Part shown: positions 1 to 10,179 of the stretch, in pieces
Layout of the letters: every line of letters begins with the position of its first letter
Numbering within the stretch: position 1 is the stretch's first letter
Source: Pedobacter sp.
Lineage (GTDB): Bacteria > Desulfobacterota > Desulfuromonadia > Desulfuromonadales > Syntrophotaleaceae
Reading direction: 5' to 3'
DNA: 64,000 nucleotides
Assembly: GCA_050253415.1 (NCBI GenBank)
Contig: JBFWJC010000006.1
Location: forward strand, 96,001-160,000
Program-made: the position numbers and the translations under genes
Notes under the pieces: generated by a model
Seen by the model: only the letters and a program-made list of their open reading frames with translations
Database searches by the model: none
What the model was told of the DNA's origin: nothing

Positions 1-437
1 TGAATGCCGACAGCCCCCGCAGCGGAAGGATGGTACCGGAGTCTGAGATAAGAACCTTCAGGGGGTAAACCGTCCACACTGAAATGGAAAGGCAATTCCA
101 GCATCCCCTTGCGGTTGGAGGACAGACCGACCACCCGCGTGGTTTCGTGACCGACGAGGCCACCGTCCGCTGTACAGACCATCAGATCCAGATGCCCCGG
201 CATTTGAAGTTCATGGGGCCGCTTGACGGTTCCTGCCACTACCAGATCGTCCCCTTTGGCAAAAGCCCGGGCGCGCAAGACGCTGACCGAAGAAGCCTGC
301 ACCAGCACCGGCGAAGCGGGGGTCGAGTAATCCAGGCTGTAGCGCCCGCTGCTTTGAGACGGCGAGCGGGCAGGGGTACAGGCTGCCAGCAGGGCGGCAA
401 CTGTCAGGAATAACACGGCCAGAAGAGTCGTTTTCAT
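1..437 (-). CDS. Lipoprotein of unknown function, runs off the left window edge
   Basis: Own translation: MKTTLLAVLFLTVAALLAACTPARS... with an LAAC lipobox. Open to position 1, GGGGA RBS upstream. Missing from the ORF track because it is truncated by the window. Confidence 0.75.
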   Translation of the reverse strand, partial: MKTTLLAVLFLTVAALLAACTPARSPSQSSGRYSLDYSTPASPVLVQASSVSVLRARAFAKGDDLVVAGTVKRPHELQMPGHLDLMVCTADGGLVGHETTRVVGLSSNRKGMLELPFHFSVDGLPPEGSYLRLRYHPSAAGAVGI

Positions 438-571
438 AATGGTATCCCCTTTTTTCGACAGGATCCTGTGTTTATTCTACGGCAGGGGGGCATCCGCTCA
501 CAAGTCGTCGGCGGACGATGCTGATAGCTGCGATGTAATAATGGGATTGGTTTACAGAGGCTGGCTTGGGC

Positions 572-627
572 TCATCCGAAAACTTCGGATGAAGTATAGC
601 TGGTGTCCATCCATAGTTTCCGGATGA
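572..627. promoter_or_regulatory. Pair of palindromic operator-like sites
   Basis: TCATCCGAAAACTTCGGATGA (572-592) and CATCCATAGTTTCCGGATG (608-626), upstream of a TTGTGA-18-TAGAAT minus-strand promoter (503-474). Confidence 0.5.
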
Positions 628-640
628 AAACTAGCTGGTC

Positions 641-661
641 GACGGGCATGTTTTGCCCGTC
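641..661 (-). terminator. GC-rich hairpin just after the 687..1076 stop
   Basis: GACGGGCA-5nt-TGCCCGTC; no clear U-tract on the minus strand. Confidence 0.4.
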
Positions 662-686
662 CCACAAGACAACCCGGGGAGGAATC

Positions 687-1076
687 TCAATTCAGAAGGG
701 AACAGAGGCGTGTGAAAAGAGGCGCGCCGCTCGCATCGAGGTGAAGAGCGGCAGGTAATGGGATACTGTTCGCAATCTCCAAGGAGCGGAGATTGAACGC
801 GGTCCAAGGCAGGATGCCTGCTTCCTGGGGAGTCTTGACCTGCGGTTTATATTCCGCAGTGACCAGAGAACGTTTTTCCTGGGAAGCACTGAGGGTGCAG
901 CGATATTCACCCGCTCCGGAAGCATGAGAGGTCGTCTGCCCATTCAGCCTGGTCTGGTCGCAGCACGCGTGCCGGGCGGAGTCCCCCACCCCGCAGCGAT
1001 GCAGTACCGAGCCCAATGCCCCGATGGGGGATCCCAGGCTCAAAACCAGAAATAATGTTGTCAGACGCGTTATCAT
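687..1076 (-). CDS. DUF2946/HYC_CC_PP-like small exported Cys-motif protein (leader type)
   Basis: Signal-like N-terminus, HRC...CC motif, C-terminus APLFTRLCSLLN. Paralogous to 13476..13868. Confidence 0.6.
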   Translation of the reverse strand: MITRLTTLFLVLSLGSPIGALGSVLHRCGVGDSARHACCDQTRLNGQTTSHASGAGEYRCTLSASQEKRSLVTAEYKPQVKTPQEAGILPWTAFNLRSLEIANSIPLPAALHLDASGAPLFTRLCSLLN

Positions 1077-1248
1077 TTTTTATGCCCGTTGAAGAATGGA
1101 GCTTGCCTTAGATATGGGATTCACCACCCTGGTAATTGTGTACTATTTAGATCGACAATCACTATTGCTAACCCTACTTGGTAAATGTATTTTTCAACGG
1201 ATTATTTCACATATTTTAGTACATTATACCCTTCCGGGAAAATCTGTC

Positions 1249-1404
1249 TTAGGAATCCGTAGGGGTCTCTTCGCTACCACCCTCATTGGGTGGCCGTTTG
1301 CGACCTCCATGCCCGCCACCGCAACAACCGCGCCCTGACAGGTGCATGGCAAGGAAAATCCCGATAACGATTACCCAGATCCAGTTATCCGCCAACCATT
1401 TCAT
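1249..1404 (-). CDS. 51-aa membrane protein, DUF2933-like
   Basis: Own translation MKWLADNWIWVIVIGIFLAMHLSGRGCCGGGHGG...; GAGGTG RBS; below the ORF-track cutoff. Confidence 0.7.
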   Translation of the reverse strand: MKWLADNWIWVIVIGIFLAMHLSGRGCCGGGHGGRKRPPNEGGSEETPTDS

Positions 1405-1486
1405 ATTTCACCTCTTCCGCTACCGATCCGCGGACCGGCGGAGGTCAAGCTGCTATCTTCCCCCACCGGCTTTCCGCCAATCGAGG

Positions 1487-2029
1487 TTATTTCTTCATCA
1501 TCATTTCCTGTTGCGCCATCATGCCTTTCATCATTTCCTGCATCATCTGCATTCTTTTTTCCATCATCTCCAGGCGATTGCCCATCATGCAGTTCTGCAT
1601 CATCATGCCCTGGCCAGACATCATGCCGCTCTGTCCCATCATGTTTTCCATCATGTCCATTTTCTTTTCCATCCGGGTCATGCGCTCGCCCATGGGCATG
1701 TTCTGCGTATCCGCACCGTTCATCATGCCTTTCTGGTCTCCCGTCATCATGCCCTGACCGGACATCATGTTCATGGTCTTCATGGCCTCTTTCATCTGCT
1801 CCATGTGCTGATGCATGAGGTTCTGGCGTTCCGACGGGGTTTTGGCAGTATCCATCTTTTCCCGGGCTTCCTGCATCTTCGTGATCGATGTACCCATCTG
1901 TTCCTGAGTCATTGGGGTGGCGGCCTGGGAGCCGTCTGCAGGGTGATGTTCCTGCACAGCCCAGGAAGGACCCGCCATGGCAAAAGCAAGTAAAAGGGTC
2001 ATGGTAAAGATAATTTTTCTCATCGTCAT
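1487..2029 (-). CDS. Extremely Met-rich periplasmic protein (putative Cu/Ag binding)
   Basis: AAGGAGG RBS before ATG 2029 (MTMRKIIF), signal peptide ending PSWA, about 47 Met in 180 aa. Confidence 0.75.
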   Translation of the reverse strand: MTMRKIIFTMTLLLAFAMAGPSWAVQEHHPADGSQAATPMTQEQMGTSITKMQEAREKMDTAKTPSERQNLMHQHMEQMKEAMKTMNMMSGQGMMTGDQKGMMNGADTQNMPMGERMTRMEKKMDMMENMMGQSGMMSGQGMMMQNCMMGNRLEMMEKRMQMMQEMMKGMMAQQEMMMKK

Positions 2030-2099
2030 GCCTCCTTGAACAGGGGAAGGTTGGGTGCGGCAGGCCCCTTGCCTGCAGCGACTTCGTAAAACGCCATCT

Positions 2100-2426
2100 T
2101 CAGCATTCATGCAACTCGATCTCCGCTTTGGTGCGGATACGATAGAGCTTATCCACCGGTTGCACCGCAACGATTCCGTCGCCCGGGATACCAAGGTGAG
2201 CACTGTCGATGATGGCTTTGACGATAGAATCAACGGTCGACTGTTCAGCAAAAATGGCTATGCAGACATGATCGACCATCCGGTCTTCCTTGAACAGGTT
2301 GGCATATTCGCCGAGTCCCTTGATACGGGATACGGTAACGCCCTTTACCCCAATCTGCCTGAGCCTTTCCTCGACTTTTTCGAGTACCGAACTGCGCACA
2401 ATAGCCACAATCTTTTTAATTTCCAC
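2100..2426 (-). CDS. PII-family (GlnB-like) protein in metal efflux cluster
   Basis: MEIKKIVAIVR, GVTVSRIKGLG and GIPGDGIV motifs; short T-loop. Confidence 0.85.
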   Translation of the reverse strand: MEIKKIVAIVRSSVLEKVEERLRQIGVKGVTVSRIKGLGEYANLFKEDRMVDHVCIAIFAEQSTVDSIVKAIIDSAHLGIPGDGIVAVQPVDKLYRIRTKAEIELHEC

Positions 2427-2489
2427 CTGCCACTCCTTCCATCAAATTTACAAACCTGGTCCTTTTGCGGCGATGTTAAATGGTAGGGA

Positions 2490-4793
2490 TCACAACTCCA
2501 CCCGCCGCAACCGCAGAGCATTGCTGACCACCGATACCGAACTGAAACTCATAGCCGCAGCTGCGATCATGGGGCTGAGCAACAAACCGAAGACCGGATA
2601 TAAAACTCCGGCGGCGATCGGTACGCCCAAGGCGTTGTAACAAAAAGCGAAAAACAGGTTCTGGCGGATATTGCGCATGGTCGCCCGACTCAGCTGCCGT
2701 GCCCGCACGATGCCGCGCAGGTCGCCCTTGACCAGGGTCACCCCGGCGCTCTCCATGGCCACGTCGGTGCCGGTACCCATGGCGATGCCGACATGGGCCT
2801 GGGCCAAGGCCGGCGCGTCGTTGATGCCATCACCGGCCATCGCCACGAAACGCCCTTCTTCCTGCAGTTCCTTGATTTTGGCAGCCTTGTCCTGCGGCAG
2901 GACATCGGCCCGCACCTCGTCGATATCCAACTTGTCGGCCACTGCTTTAGCGGTGGTGAGATTGTCACCCGTGAGCATGACGATCCGAATGCCGCTCTGA
3001 TGCAGCTGGCGTATGGCTTCCGGTGTGGTTTCCTTGATGGGATCAGCGACCGCCAACAAGCCGGCAGCTTTGCCGTTTATCCCTACAAACATGGCCGTCT
3101 GGCCTTCCTTGCGAAGGGCCTCAGCCCGCTCCAGCATCTTTTCCGGGTCGATATTTTTTTCCTGAAAAAGCTTCTGGGTACCCAACACTACCTCGACTCC
3201 GTCCACTTTGCCGATCACACCTTTTCCTGTAACGGATTCAAAATGATCGCTCGAGGCCAGGGATATGCCCCGTTCTTCGGCTCCCTGTACGATGGCTGCA
3301 GCCAGAGGATGTTCGCTGCCTCGCTCCAGGCTGGCCGCAAGTCGCAAGAGTTCATCCTCCTCAACGCCGATTGCCTCAACTGCAACCAGTTTGGGTTTGC
3401 CTTCGGTAAGAGTGCCGGTCTTGTCGACCACCAGAGTATTCACCTTGCGCAAATGCTCGATAGCCTCGGCATTCTTGAACAGCACCCCGAGGGTCGCGCC
3501 CTTCCCGGTCGCAACCATGATGGACATTGGAGTGGCCAGACCAAGAGCGCAGGGACAGGCGATGATGAGCACCGCCACGGCGTTGATAAGGGCGTGGGCC
3601 ATGCGCGGTTCGGGACCGAAACCGGCCCACACCACGAAAGTGATCAGGGCAACAGTCACAACCGCCGGCACAAAATATCCCGACACCTGGTCGGCCAGTT
3701 TCTGGATCGGGGCACGACTGCGCTGGGCCTCCGCCACCATTTGCACGATTTGGCTGAGCAGGGTATCTGCGCCGACCCGTTCGGCTTTCATGATAAAGGT
3801 CCCGGTCTGATTCACCGTGGCACCGGTTACCGGATCACCCTTATCCTTGGAAACCGGCAAAGGTTCGCCGGTTATCATCGACTCGTCGATGCTGCTGGTT
3901 CCTTCCTGGACCACGCCGTCCACCGGCACCTTTTCACCGGGACGCACCCGCAACCGGTCACCGACCTCGACTTCCTCCAGCGGTATATCCAGCTCGCTGC
4001 CGTCCGCTTCGATACGCCGGGCGGTTTTTGCCGCTAACCCCAGCAAGGCCCGGATGGCTTTGCCGGTCTGGCTTCGGGCACGCGATTCCATGACCTGCCC
4101 AAGAATCACCAAAGTGGTGATAACGGCGGCAGCCTCGAAATAGACCGCAACCTCTCCTTCGGCTCCCCGAAACGAGACAGGGAAAAGTTCAGGCCAGAGG
4201 GTAGCCACGACGCTGTATAGATAGGCCACTCCGACTCCGAGGCCGATGAGGGTAAACATGTTCATGCTGCGATTGACCAGGGATTGCCAGTAGCGGGTCA
4301 TTATCGGCCATCCGCACCATATAACCACCGGCGTGGCCAGTGCCAACTCAATCAGGTTCAGTGTACGTGGCGGTGCCAGATCCGCGATCCGGCCGCCTAT
4401 CCCCGGGATGAGTTCCCCCATGGCCAGCACCAGCACCGGCACGGACAGGCCGACGCTCACCCACAGTCGCCATATCCAATCCTTCAGTTCTGCACTTTCC
4501 TCACCTTCCTCAAGACTCACCACCTTTGGTTCGAGGTCCATCCCGCATTTGGGACAACTGCCTGGACCGATCTGGAGAATCTCCGGGTGCATCGGACAAG
4601 TGTACTCCCTGGTGTCATCCTTTACTGCCTGTTTTTTCTTTTCTTTCAGTGACTTATCAAGGAACTCTTCAGGATCTCGTTTAAATTTTTCCAGGCACTT
4701 CGTGGAACAAAAGTAATACATTTTGCCCCGGTGCTCCGTTTTTCCGGCACATTTTTCCGGAGTAACGTCCATTCCGCAGACAGGATCTTTCAT
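2490..4793 (-). CDS. copA: Cu(I)/Ag(I)-translocating P1B-type ATPase with YHS and CPMHP domains
   Basis: [45 protein letters not shown] and MSFSS motifs. Confidence 0.95.
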   Translation of the reverse strand: MKDPVCGMDVTPEKCAGKTEHRGKMYYFCSTKCLEKFKRDPEEFLDKSLKEKKKQAVKDDTREYTCPMHPEILQIGPGSCPKCGMDLEPKVVSLEEGEESAELKDWIWRLWVSVGLSVPVLVLAMGELIPGIGGRIADLAPPRTLNLIELALATPVVIWCGWPIMTRYWQSLVNRSMNMFTLIGLGVGVAYLYSVVATLWPELFPVSFRGAEGEVAVYFEAAAVITTLVILGQVMESRARSQTGKAIRALLGLAAKTARRIEADGSELDIPLEEVEVGDRLRVRPGEKVPVDGVVQEGTSSIDESMITGEPLPVSKDKGDPVTGATVNQTGTFIMKAERVGADTLLSQIVQMVAEAQRSRAPIQKLADQVSGYFVPAVVTVALITFVVWAGFGPEPRMAHALINAVAVLIIACPCALGLATPMSIMVATGKGATLGVLFKNAEAIEHLRKVNTLVVDKTGTLTEGKPKLVAVEAIGVEEDELLRLAASLERGSEHPLAAAIVQGAEERGISLASSDHFESVTGKGVIGKVDGVEVVLGTQKLFQEKNIDPEKMLERAEALRKEGQTAMFVGINGKAAGLLAVADPIKETTPEAIRQLHQSGIRIVMLTGDNLTTAKAVADKLDIDEVRADVLPQDKAAKIKELQEEGRFVAMAGDGINDAPALAQAHVGIAMGTGTDVAMESAGVTLVKGDLRGIVRARQLSRATMRNIRQNLFFAFCYNALGVPIAAGVLYPVFGLLLSPMIAAAAMSFSSVSVVSNALRLRRVEL

Positions 4794-4838
4794 AACAGTC
4801 TCCTCGGGAAGTATGTTCAGACAACGAGTGACGCATTT

Positions 4839-5492
4839 TCAACGAGCCTGTTTGCCCAGCTGGGGAAAGAATGCCGGAACCCGCTCCCGGTAAAGGCGAA
4901 ATTCATCGCCGAATTGTTTCTCCAGTTCCTTCTCCTCCCGCATCGCCAGACGGTAATAAGTGTACATCAATACAGGCCACAGGATCATTGTGGTAATGGA
5001 GGGCCACTGAACGAGAAAGCCCACCGTGATCAAAAACAACCCGCTGTACTGGGGGTGCCTGACACGGGCATAAATCCCCCCGGTGACCAGTTTCCCCTCC
5101 TTCGCGCCATGAATCAGAATCCAGCCTTTGTACACCAGGTACCCGCCGAAAAAGATAATCCCGTTGCTGACAAGGTGCAGGATTGCCATGGCAACTGCGG
5201 AATGAGCCAAACCCAGGAATACCAGTACCAGGTGGCCGCTAGGGTGAGAAAAGGGGTCGAGCACAGGATAAGCGTCGCCCAACCAGGTCGAGAGGAAGTA
5301 AATCGTCAGGGGAAAACCGTACATCTCGGTGAACAGGGCGACAAGAAACCCCAGAAAAGCCCCCATCGAGCGCCACTCGACCTTTTTCTTCGGCCTGATG
5401 AAGCCGATGGCGAAAAACAGAAAGAGCAGAATATTGAAGACCACCACCGGCCACAGGCCATAAGCATAACCGCCCAACTCGGTACCGTGCAT
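4839..5492 (-). CDS. Isoprenylcysteine carboxyl methyltransferase family membrane protein
   Basis: GIYARVRHPQYSG and REEKELEKQFG..Y..RVP motifs. Confidence 0.85.
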   Translation of the reverse strand: MHGTELGGYAYGLWPVVVFNILLFLFFAIGFIRPKKKVEWRSMGAFLGFLVALFTEMYGFPLTIYFLSTWLGDAYPVLDPFSHPSGHLVLVFLGLAHSAVAMAILHLVSNGIIFFGGYLVYKGWILIHGAKEGKLVTGGIYARVRHPQYSGLFLITVGFLVQWPSITTMILWPVLMYTYYRLAMREEKELEKQFGDEFRLYRERVPAFFPQLGKQAR

Positions 5493-5503
5493 CGATCCGC
5501 CTC

Positions 5504-5791
5504 CTATCCTTGTTTCTCCGGCTTGTTCCGCCCGAAATTATAGATAACGGCAATAGTTGCGCCGATCAGCCAGCCGATGATGAAAATTTCCACGATTCCT
5601 GTCAGCACTTCCCATAAAGGGATGTCCATCCGGATGATCGGCCGCACGTCCAGTCCGTGCAGCAAACTGTTGAAAAATAGAATGGTGGATTGCTCCCCGG
5701 TCGACCACATCACGAATACACAACCGAGATACAGCAAGGCAAAAGTCACGCCCCAGGCCAGGCCGAATCTCCTGACATCAATGCTCCCCAT
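5504..5791 (-). CDS. Small membrane protein (DUF5676-like)
   Basis: Two TM helices, FFNSLLHG motif; GGAGG RBS before ATG 5791. Confidence 0.65.
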   Translation of the reverse strand: MGSIDVRRFGLAWGVTFALLYLGCVFVMWSTGEQSTILFFNSLLHGLDVRPIIRMDIPLWEVLTGIVEIFIIGWLIGATIAVIYNFGRNKPEKQG

Positions 5792-5987
5792 GGCTGCCTC
5801 CATTGTCGTTGGTTTTGTTTTCGCCGCGCTTACGCCCTCCCCTGGCCATCATGAGCAGATGAATGCCGAAACAGAAAACCAGGAAGATAAACAACAGCGG
5901 ACCGGATCCGACGCCGAAAAGCGGCAGCAAAAAGATCAGGATTAAGGGTAATACGCAACCGGCAATCATCCACCAATGATGTTTCAT
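5778..5987 (-). CDS. 69-aa membrane protein with His/Cys/Met
   Basis: MKHHWWMIAGCVLP..FCFGIHLLMM; AGGAGG RBS. Confidence 0.7.
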   Translation of the reverse strand: MKHHWWMIAGCVLPLILIFLLPLFGVGSGPLLFIFLVFCFGIHLLMMARGGRKRGENKTNDNGGSHGEH

Positions 5988-6139
5988 CCTTGTCCTCCTT
6001 CAGTCCGGCGAGATGGCCAAACGACTGTGCTGGATCTTCTCAGGGCAATTTGTGGTCCTCCTTTGGAAAAATTGGCCGCCGTCGCCGGCGGCCCATGGAA
6101 GGAGAGATTCGGGATCGCCGCAAGACGGTCCCTGATGGG

Positions 6140-6679
6140 TTATTTGCCGACTGTATGCGTATGGAACTGACGCACCTTGCCATCGTCCAGTTTGGTGGCG
6201 ATGCGGAAATGCCAGACTCCCGGACGGTCCAGGTTCACGTCTACCCCGAAATGCCCCTGCATACCCATCATCTTAACAGGCTTGGCCTCTTTCTGGTCGG
6301 GATCGGTAATCTTCACCGCCACGGTCCCGCTGTCGACCTGTTTGCCGGTTTCGGCATCGTTAAACATCACCATCAGATGATGGGTGGCCTTATGACCGGC
6401 CGGCAGCACTTTTGGGTCGATGGGCATCAGGTGGAACATGGCCTTCACGCCATCAACTTCCTGCTCGGCGGGTAGAGCCTGCATGCCTTGCATGCCCTCC
6501 GTGTGCTTCATGCCTTGCATGTCATTCATAGCCTGCATGCCCTGCATTTGCTGCATATTGTCGTGGTTCATCCCGGCCATATCGTGACCGGCGTGTTTGT
6601 CCATGGCCAGGGAACCGGTGGCCAGGAAAAGACCACCTGCAATCAGGATCATGGCCCAGCCGAATTTTGCGTGTTTCAT
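6140..6679 (-). CDS. Periplasmic His/Met-rich metal-binding protein
   Basis: Signal peptide, HAGHDM and MQGMQ repeats, THHLMV, MMGMQGHFG. Confidence 0.75.
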   Translation of the reverse strand: MKHAKFGWAMILIAGGLFLATGSLAMDKHAGHDMAGMNHDNMQQMQGMQAMNDMQGMKHTEGMQGMQALPAEQEVDGVKAMFHLMPIDPKVLPAGHKATHHLMVMFNDAETGKQVDSGTVAVKITDPDQKEAKPVKMMGMQGHFGVDVNLDRPGVWHFRIATKLDDGKVRQFHTHTVGK

Positions 6680-6773
6680 TACTACCTCCGTTTGAGTGAT
6701 TACCGCCGGTTGTTACGCCGGCATGGGTTTAAGGGGTTTCCTCGTACGAGTACGAAAAACCGATTCCTTTAGT

Positions 6774-9700
6774 TTAGGTTTCGGACGGTTGCTGGTCCTC
6801 GAATTCCTCCAGTTCTCCCTGGGCCGTCGGCTCCAGGGTCGGATCCAGCTTCCGGCCGCGCCAGATGTAAAAAATGACAGGATAGGCAAGCATCTCCATC
6901 GCCAGGGATGTTACCGAGCCGCCAACCATGGGGGCGGCGATGCGTTTCATCACATCGGCCCCCGCGCCGGTGCTCCACATGACGGGCAGCAGGCCGACTA
7001 TAATGGTGATCACGGTCATCACCTTGGGGCGGATACGCTTGACCGCGCCGTGGTGAACAGCCTGCTTCAGGTCGCCCCGGGTGAGCATTCGCCCCTTGTC
7101 CGTCCAGTTCCGATGCGCGATGTCGAGGTAAAGGAGCATGACCACCCCGGTCTCGGCGTCAAGACCGGCTAAAGCGATGAGCCCAACCCACACCCCGATG
7201 GACATGTTGTAATCGAGCAGATAGAGCAGCCAGAAAGCGCCCACCAGCGAGAACGGAACGGCCAGTAGCACGATTCCGGTTTTGACCGCCGAGCGGGTGC
7301 TCAGATAGATGAGAAGGAAAATGACCACCGCCGTCAGGGGGATGACCAGCATCAGGCGTTTCTGGGTCGACTCGATGTACTCGTACTGTCCGCTCCAGAC
7401 GATGTTGTAGCCGGGCGGCAGGGTAATGTTCTCGGCGACCGCCTTGCGGGCGTTTTTCACATAGGTGCCGACGTCGATCCCCTTGAGATCGACAAAAACC
7501 CAGGCGGTGCGCCGGGCATTCTCGGTCTTGATGGCGCCCGGGCCCTTGCTGATGCGGATATCGGCAATCTGCCCGATGGGGATGTGCCTGCCCTCGGCGA
7601 TGGGGATCAGCACCCTTTTCAGGGCCGGCAGATCGTTGCGGTAATCCTGCAGATAGCGAATGTTCACCGGATAACGTTCCAGCCCCTCGACGGTCTGGGT
7701 GACGTTCATGCCACCGATGGCGCTCTGGATGATGTCTTGCACATCACCGACGTTCAGCCCGTAACGGGCCGCTTGGTCGCGATCGATGACGAAGTCGAGA
7801 TAGTTGCCCCCGACCACGCGCTCGGAAAAGGCGCTCAGGGTGCCGGGCAGGGTCTTGACCAGGGCCTCGACCTCCTCGCCAAGATCGCTCAAGGTCTGCA
7901 GGTCCGGTCCCATAATCTTGACCCCCACCGGCGTCTTGATGCCGGTGGAGAGCATGTCGATGCGGGTCTTGATGGGCATGGTCCAGGCGTTGGTCAACCC
8001 CGGAAACTGAATGGCCTTGTTGAGTTCCTCGGTCAGTTGCTCAACGGTGATCCGCTTCTCCTCCGGCCAGACCCAGCGCAGCGGTATCTTCACCGGCCCG
8101 GTCCATCCCGGCCAGTCGCTGTAGAATCGCTCCACCTTGAGCTTGCGCCATTCCTCCTCCGGCTTGAGCATGATGGTGGTTTCGATCATCGACAAGGGCG
8201 CCGGATCGGTGGCCGTTTCGGCGCGGCCGATCTTGCCGAAGACATGATGCACCTCGGGGAACTGGCGAATGATGCGATCGGTCTGCTGCAGCAACTCCCT
8301 GGCCTTGGTGATAGAGATCCCCGGCATAGTGGTGGGCATGTAGAGCAAGTCCCCCTCGTACAGAGGCGGCATGAATTCCGTCCCTAACCTGGACAGCGGA
8401 AAGGCGACGGAGAGGACCAGCAGCAGCGCCACCACCAGCGTCGTTTTGCGCCAGCGCAGCACCAGATCGACGACCGGATGGTAGAGGCCAACCAGGAAAC
8501 GGCTGATGGGATTGCGCTCTTCGGAAAGGATTTTCCCCCGAATGAACCAGACCATGAGCACCGGAACCAGGGTGACGGCAAGGATCGCCGCAGCCGCCAT
8601 GGAATAGGTCTTGGTGAAGGCAAGGGGTTTGAAGAGGCGGCCGGCCTGCTCCTGCAGGGTGAAAACCGGAGCGAAGGAGACGGTGATCACCAGCAGGGCG
8701 AAGAAAATGGTGGGGCCGACCTCCTTGGCCGCCTTCGCGATGGTTTCACTGCGCGACTTTCCCTCTCCTTCTTTCTCCAGGTGCTTGTGAGCGTTCTCCA
8801 CCATGATAATGGCCGAGTCGACCATCGTGCCGATGGCGATGGCGATACCGCCCAGGCTCATGATGTTCACGTTGATCCCCTGGGCGTACATGATGATGAA
8901 AGACATCAGAATCGCCACGGGCAGCGTCAGGATGACCACCGCCGCGCTCGGCAGATGAAACAGGAACAGGATGATCACCAGGCCGACGACGATGCTCTCC
9001 TCCAGCAGCTTTTCCTGGAGATTGGAGACCGCGCGCTGGATCAAATTCGAACGGTCGTAAACAGGAACGATCTTCACCCCTTCGGGGAGCCCGGCCTTGA
9101 GTTCCTCGAGCTTTTGTTTGACATTGTCGATGGTCTTGAGGGCGTTTTCACCGAAACGCATGACGATGATGCCACCCACCGTTTCGCCCCGGCCATTGAG
9201 CTCCGCAAGGCCGCGCCGCAGTTCGGGGCCGATGCGTACCTGCGCCAGATCCCGCACCAATATCGGCGTGCCCTGGCGGTCGGTACCGACCACCACCTTC
9301 TCCAGGTCGGCCACGGATTGGATATAGCCCAGACCCCGCACCATGAATTCAGTTTCGGCCATCTCCACCAGACGACCGCCAACGTCATTGTTGCTGCGCT
9401 GGATAGCCATCTTGATCTGCGGGATGGTGATGTGGTAGGCGAGCAGCCGGTCCGGATCCACCGCCACCTGGTACTGCTTGACGTAGCCGCCGATGCTGGC
9501 CACCTCGGAAACCCCTTCCACGGCGGTCAGTTCATAGCGCAAAAACCAGTCCTGGATGGAGCGCAGTTGCTGCAGGTCGTGCCGGTCGCTCTCCAGAGCG
9601 TACTCGTAGACCCAACCGACCCCGGTGGCATCGGGTCCTAGGCTTGGCGTGACCCCCTTCGGCAGCCGCCCGGAGGCATAATTGAGGTATTCGAGCACCC

Positions 9701-10025
9701 GGGACCGGGCCCAGTAGAGATCCGTGCCGTCCTCGAAGATGATGTAGACGAAGGAATAGCCGAAGAATGAGTAACCGCGCACCACCTTCGCCCCCGGCAC
9801 GGCGAGCATCTGGGTGGTCAGTGGATAGGTAATCTGATCCTCAACCACCTGTGGCGCCTGCCCCGGATACTCGGTGAAAATGATCACCTGCACGTCCGAG
9901 AGGTCGGGAATGGCATCGATGGGGATGTTCTTCAGAGAGTAGACCCCTCCGATGAGGAGAAACGCGGTCGCAAGTACCACCATGAACTTGTTGCGAACCG
10001 ACCAATCAATTATTTTTTCAAGCAT
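6774..10025 (-). CDS. cusA: Heavy-metal RND efflux permease CusA/SilA
   Basis: IDAIPDLSDVQV, GPDATGVGWV, WTMPIKTRIDML, RIRPKVMT; 1083 aa. Confidence 0.96.
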   Translation of the reverse strand: MLEKIIDWSVRNKFMVVLATAFLLIGGVYSLKNIPIDAIPDLSDVQVIIFTEYPGQAPQVVEDQITYPLTTQMLAVPGAKVVRGYSFFGYSFVYIIFEDGTDLYWARSRVLEYLNYASGRLPKGVTPSLGPDATGVGWVYEYALESDRHDLQQLRSIQDWFLRYELTAVEGVSEVASIGGYVKQYQVAVDPDRLLAYHITIPQIKMAIQRSNNDVGGRLVEMAETEFMVRGLGYIQSVADLEKVVVGTDRQGTPILVRDLAQVRIGPELRRGLAELNGRGETVGGIIVMRFGENALKTIDNVKQKLEELKAGLPEGVKIVPVYDRSNLIQRAVSNLQEKLLEESIVVGLVIILFLFHLPSAAVVILTLPVAILMSFIIMYAQGINVNIMSLGGIAIAIGTMVDSAIIMVENAHKHLEKEGEGKSRSETIAKAAKEVGPTIFFALLVITVSFAPVFTLQEQAGRLFKPLAFTKTYSMAAAAILAVTLVPVLMVWFIRGKILSEERNPISRFLVGLYHPVVDLVLRWRKTTLVVALLLVLSVAFPLSRLGTEFMPPLYEGDLLYMPTTMPGISITKARELLQQTDRIIRQFPEVHHVFGKIGRAETATDPAPLSMIETTIMLKPEEEWRKLKVERFYSDWPGWTGPVKIPLRWVWPEEKRITVEQLTEELNKAIQFPGLTNAWTMPIKTRIDMLSTGIKTPVGVKIMGPDLQTLSDLGEEVEALVKTLPGTLSAFSERVVGGNYLDFVIDRDQAARYGLNVGDVQDIIQSAIGGMNVTQTVEGLERYPVNIRYLQDYRNDLPALKRVLIPIAEGRHIPIGQIADIRISKGPGAIKTENARRTAWVFVDLKGIDVGTYVKNARKAVAENITLPPGYNIVWSGQYEYIESTQKRLMLVIPLTAVVIFLLIYLSTRSAVKTGIVLLAVPFSLVGAFWLLYLLDYNMSIGVWVGLIALAGLDAETGVVMLLYLDIAHRNWTDKGRMLTRGDLKQAVHHGAVKRIRPKVMTVITIIVGLLPVMWSTGAGADVMKRIAAPMVGGSVTSLAMEMLAYPVIFYIWRGRKLDPTLEPTAQGELEEFEDQQPSET

Positions 10026-10035
10026 TTATATAACC

Positions 10036-10171
10036 CCGTCATTGGTCACTGGTCATGGGTTCAAGGAAAAAGTTTGTTCAAAACCGTCATTGGTCACTGG
10101 TCATTGGGTAAAGACAAGCCCGTCACCGTCTTTAGTTTAAACAAATGACCAATGACAAAGGACGAATGACG
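10036..10171. repeat. Heptamer-unit palindromic repeat (GTCATTG/GTCACTG)
   Basis: CCGTCATTGGTCACTGGTCAT at 10036 and 10084; inverted arm AATGACCAATGAC..GAATGACG at 10144-10171. Confidence 0.8.
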
Positions 10172-10179
10172 ATTTCATC

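Noticed and set aside
1286..1993. His-rich + strand ORF (235 aa)
   Set aside because: Antisense shadow of the Met-rich gene: ATG codons read as CAT.
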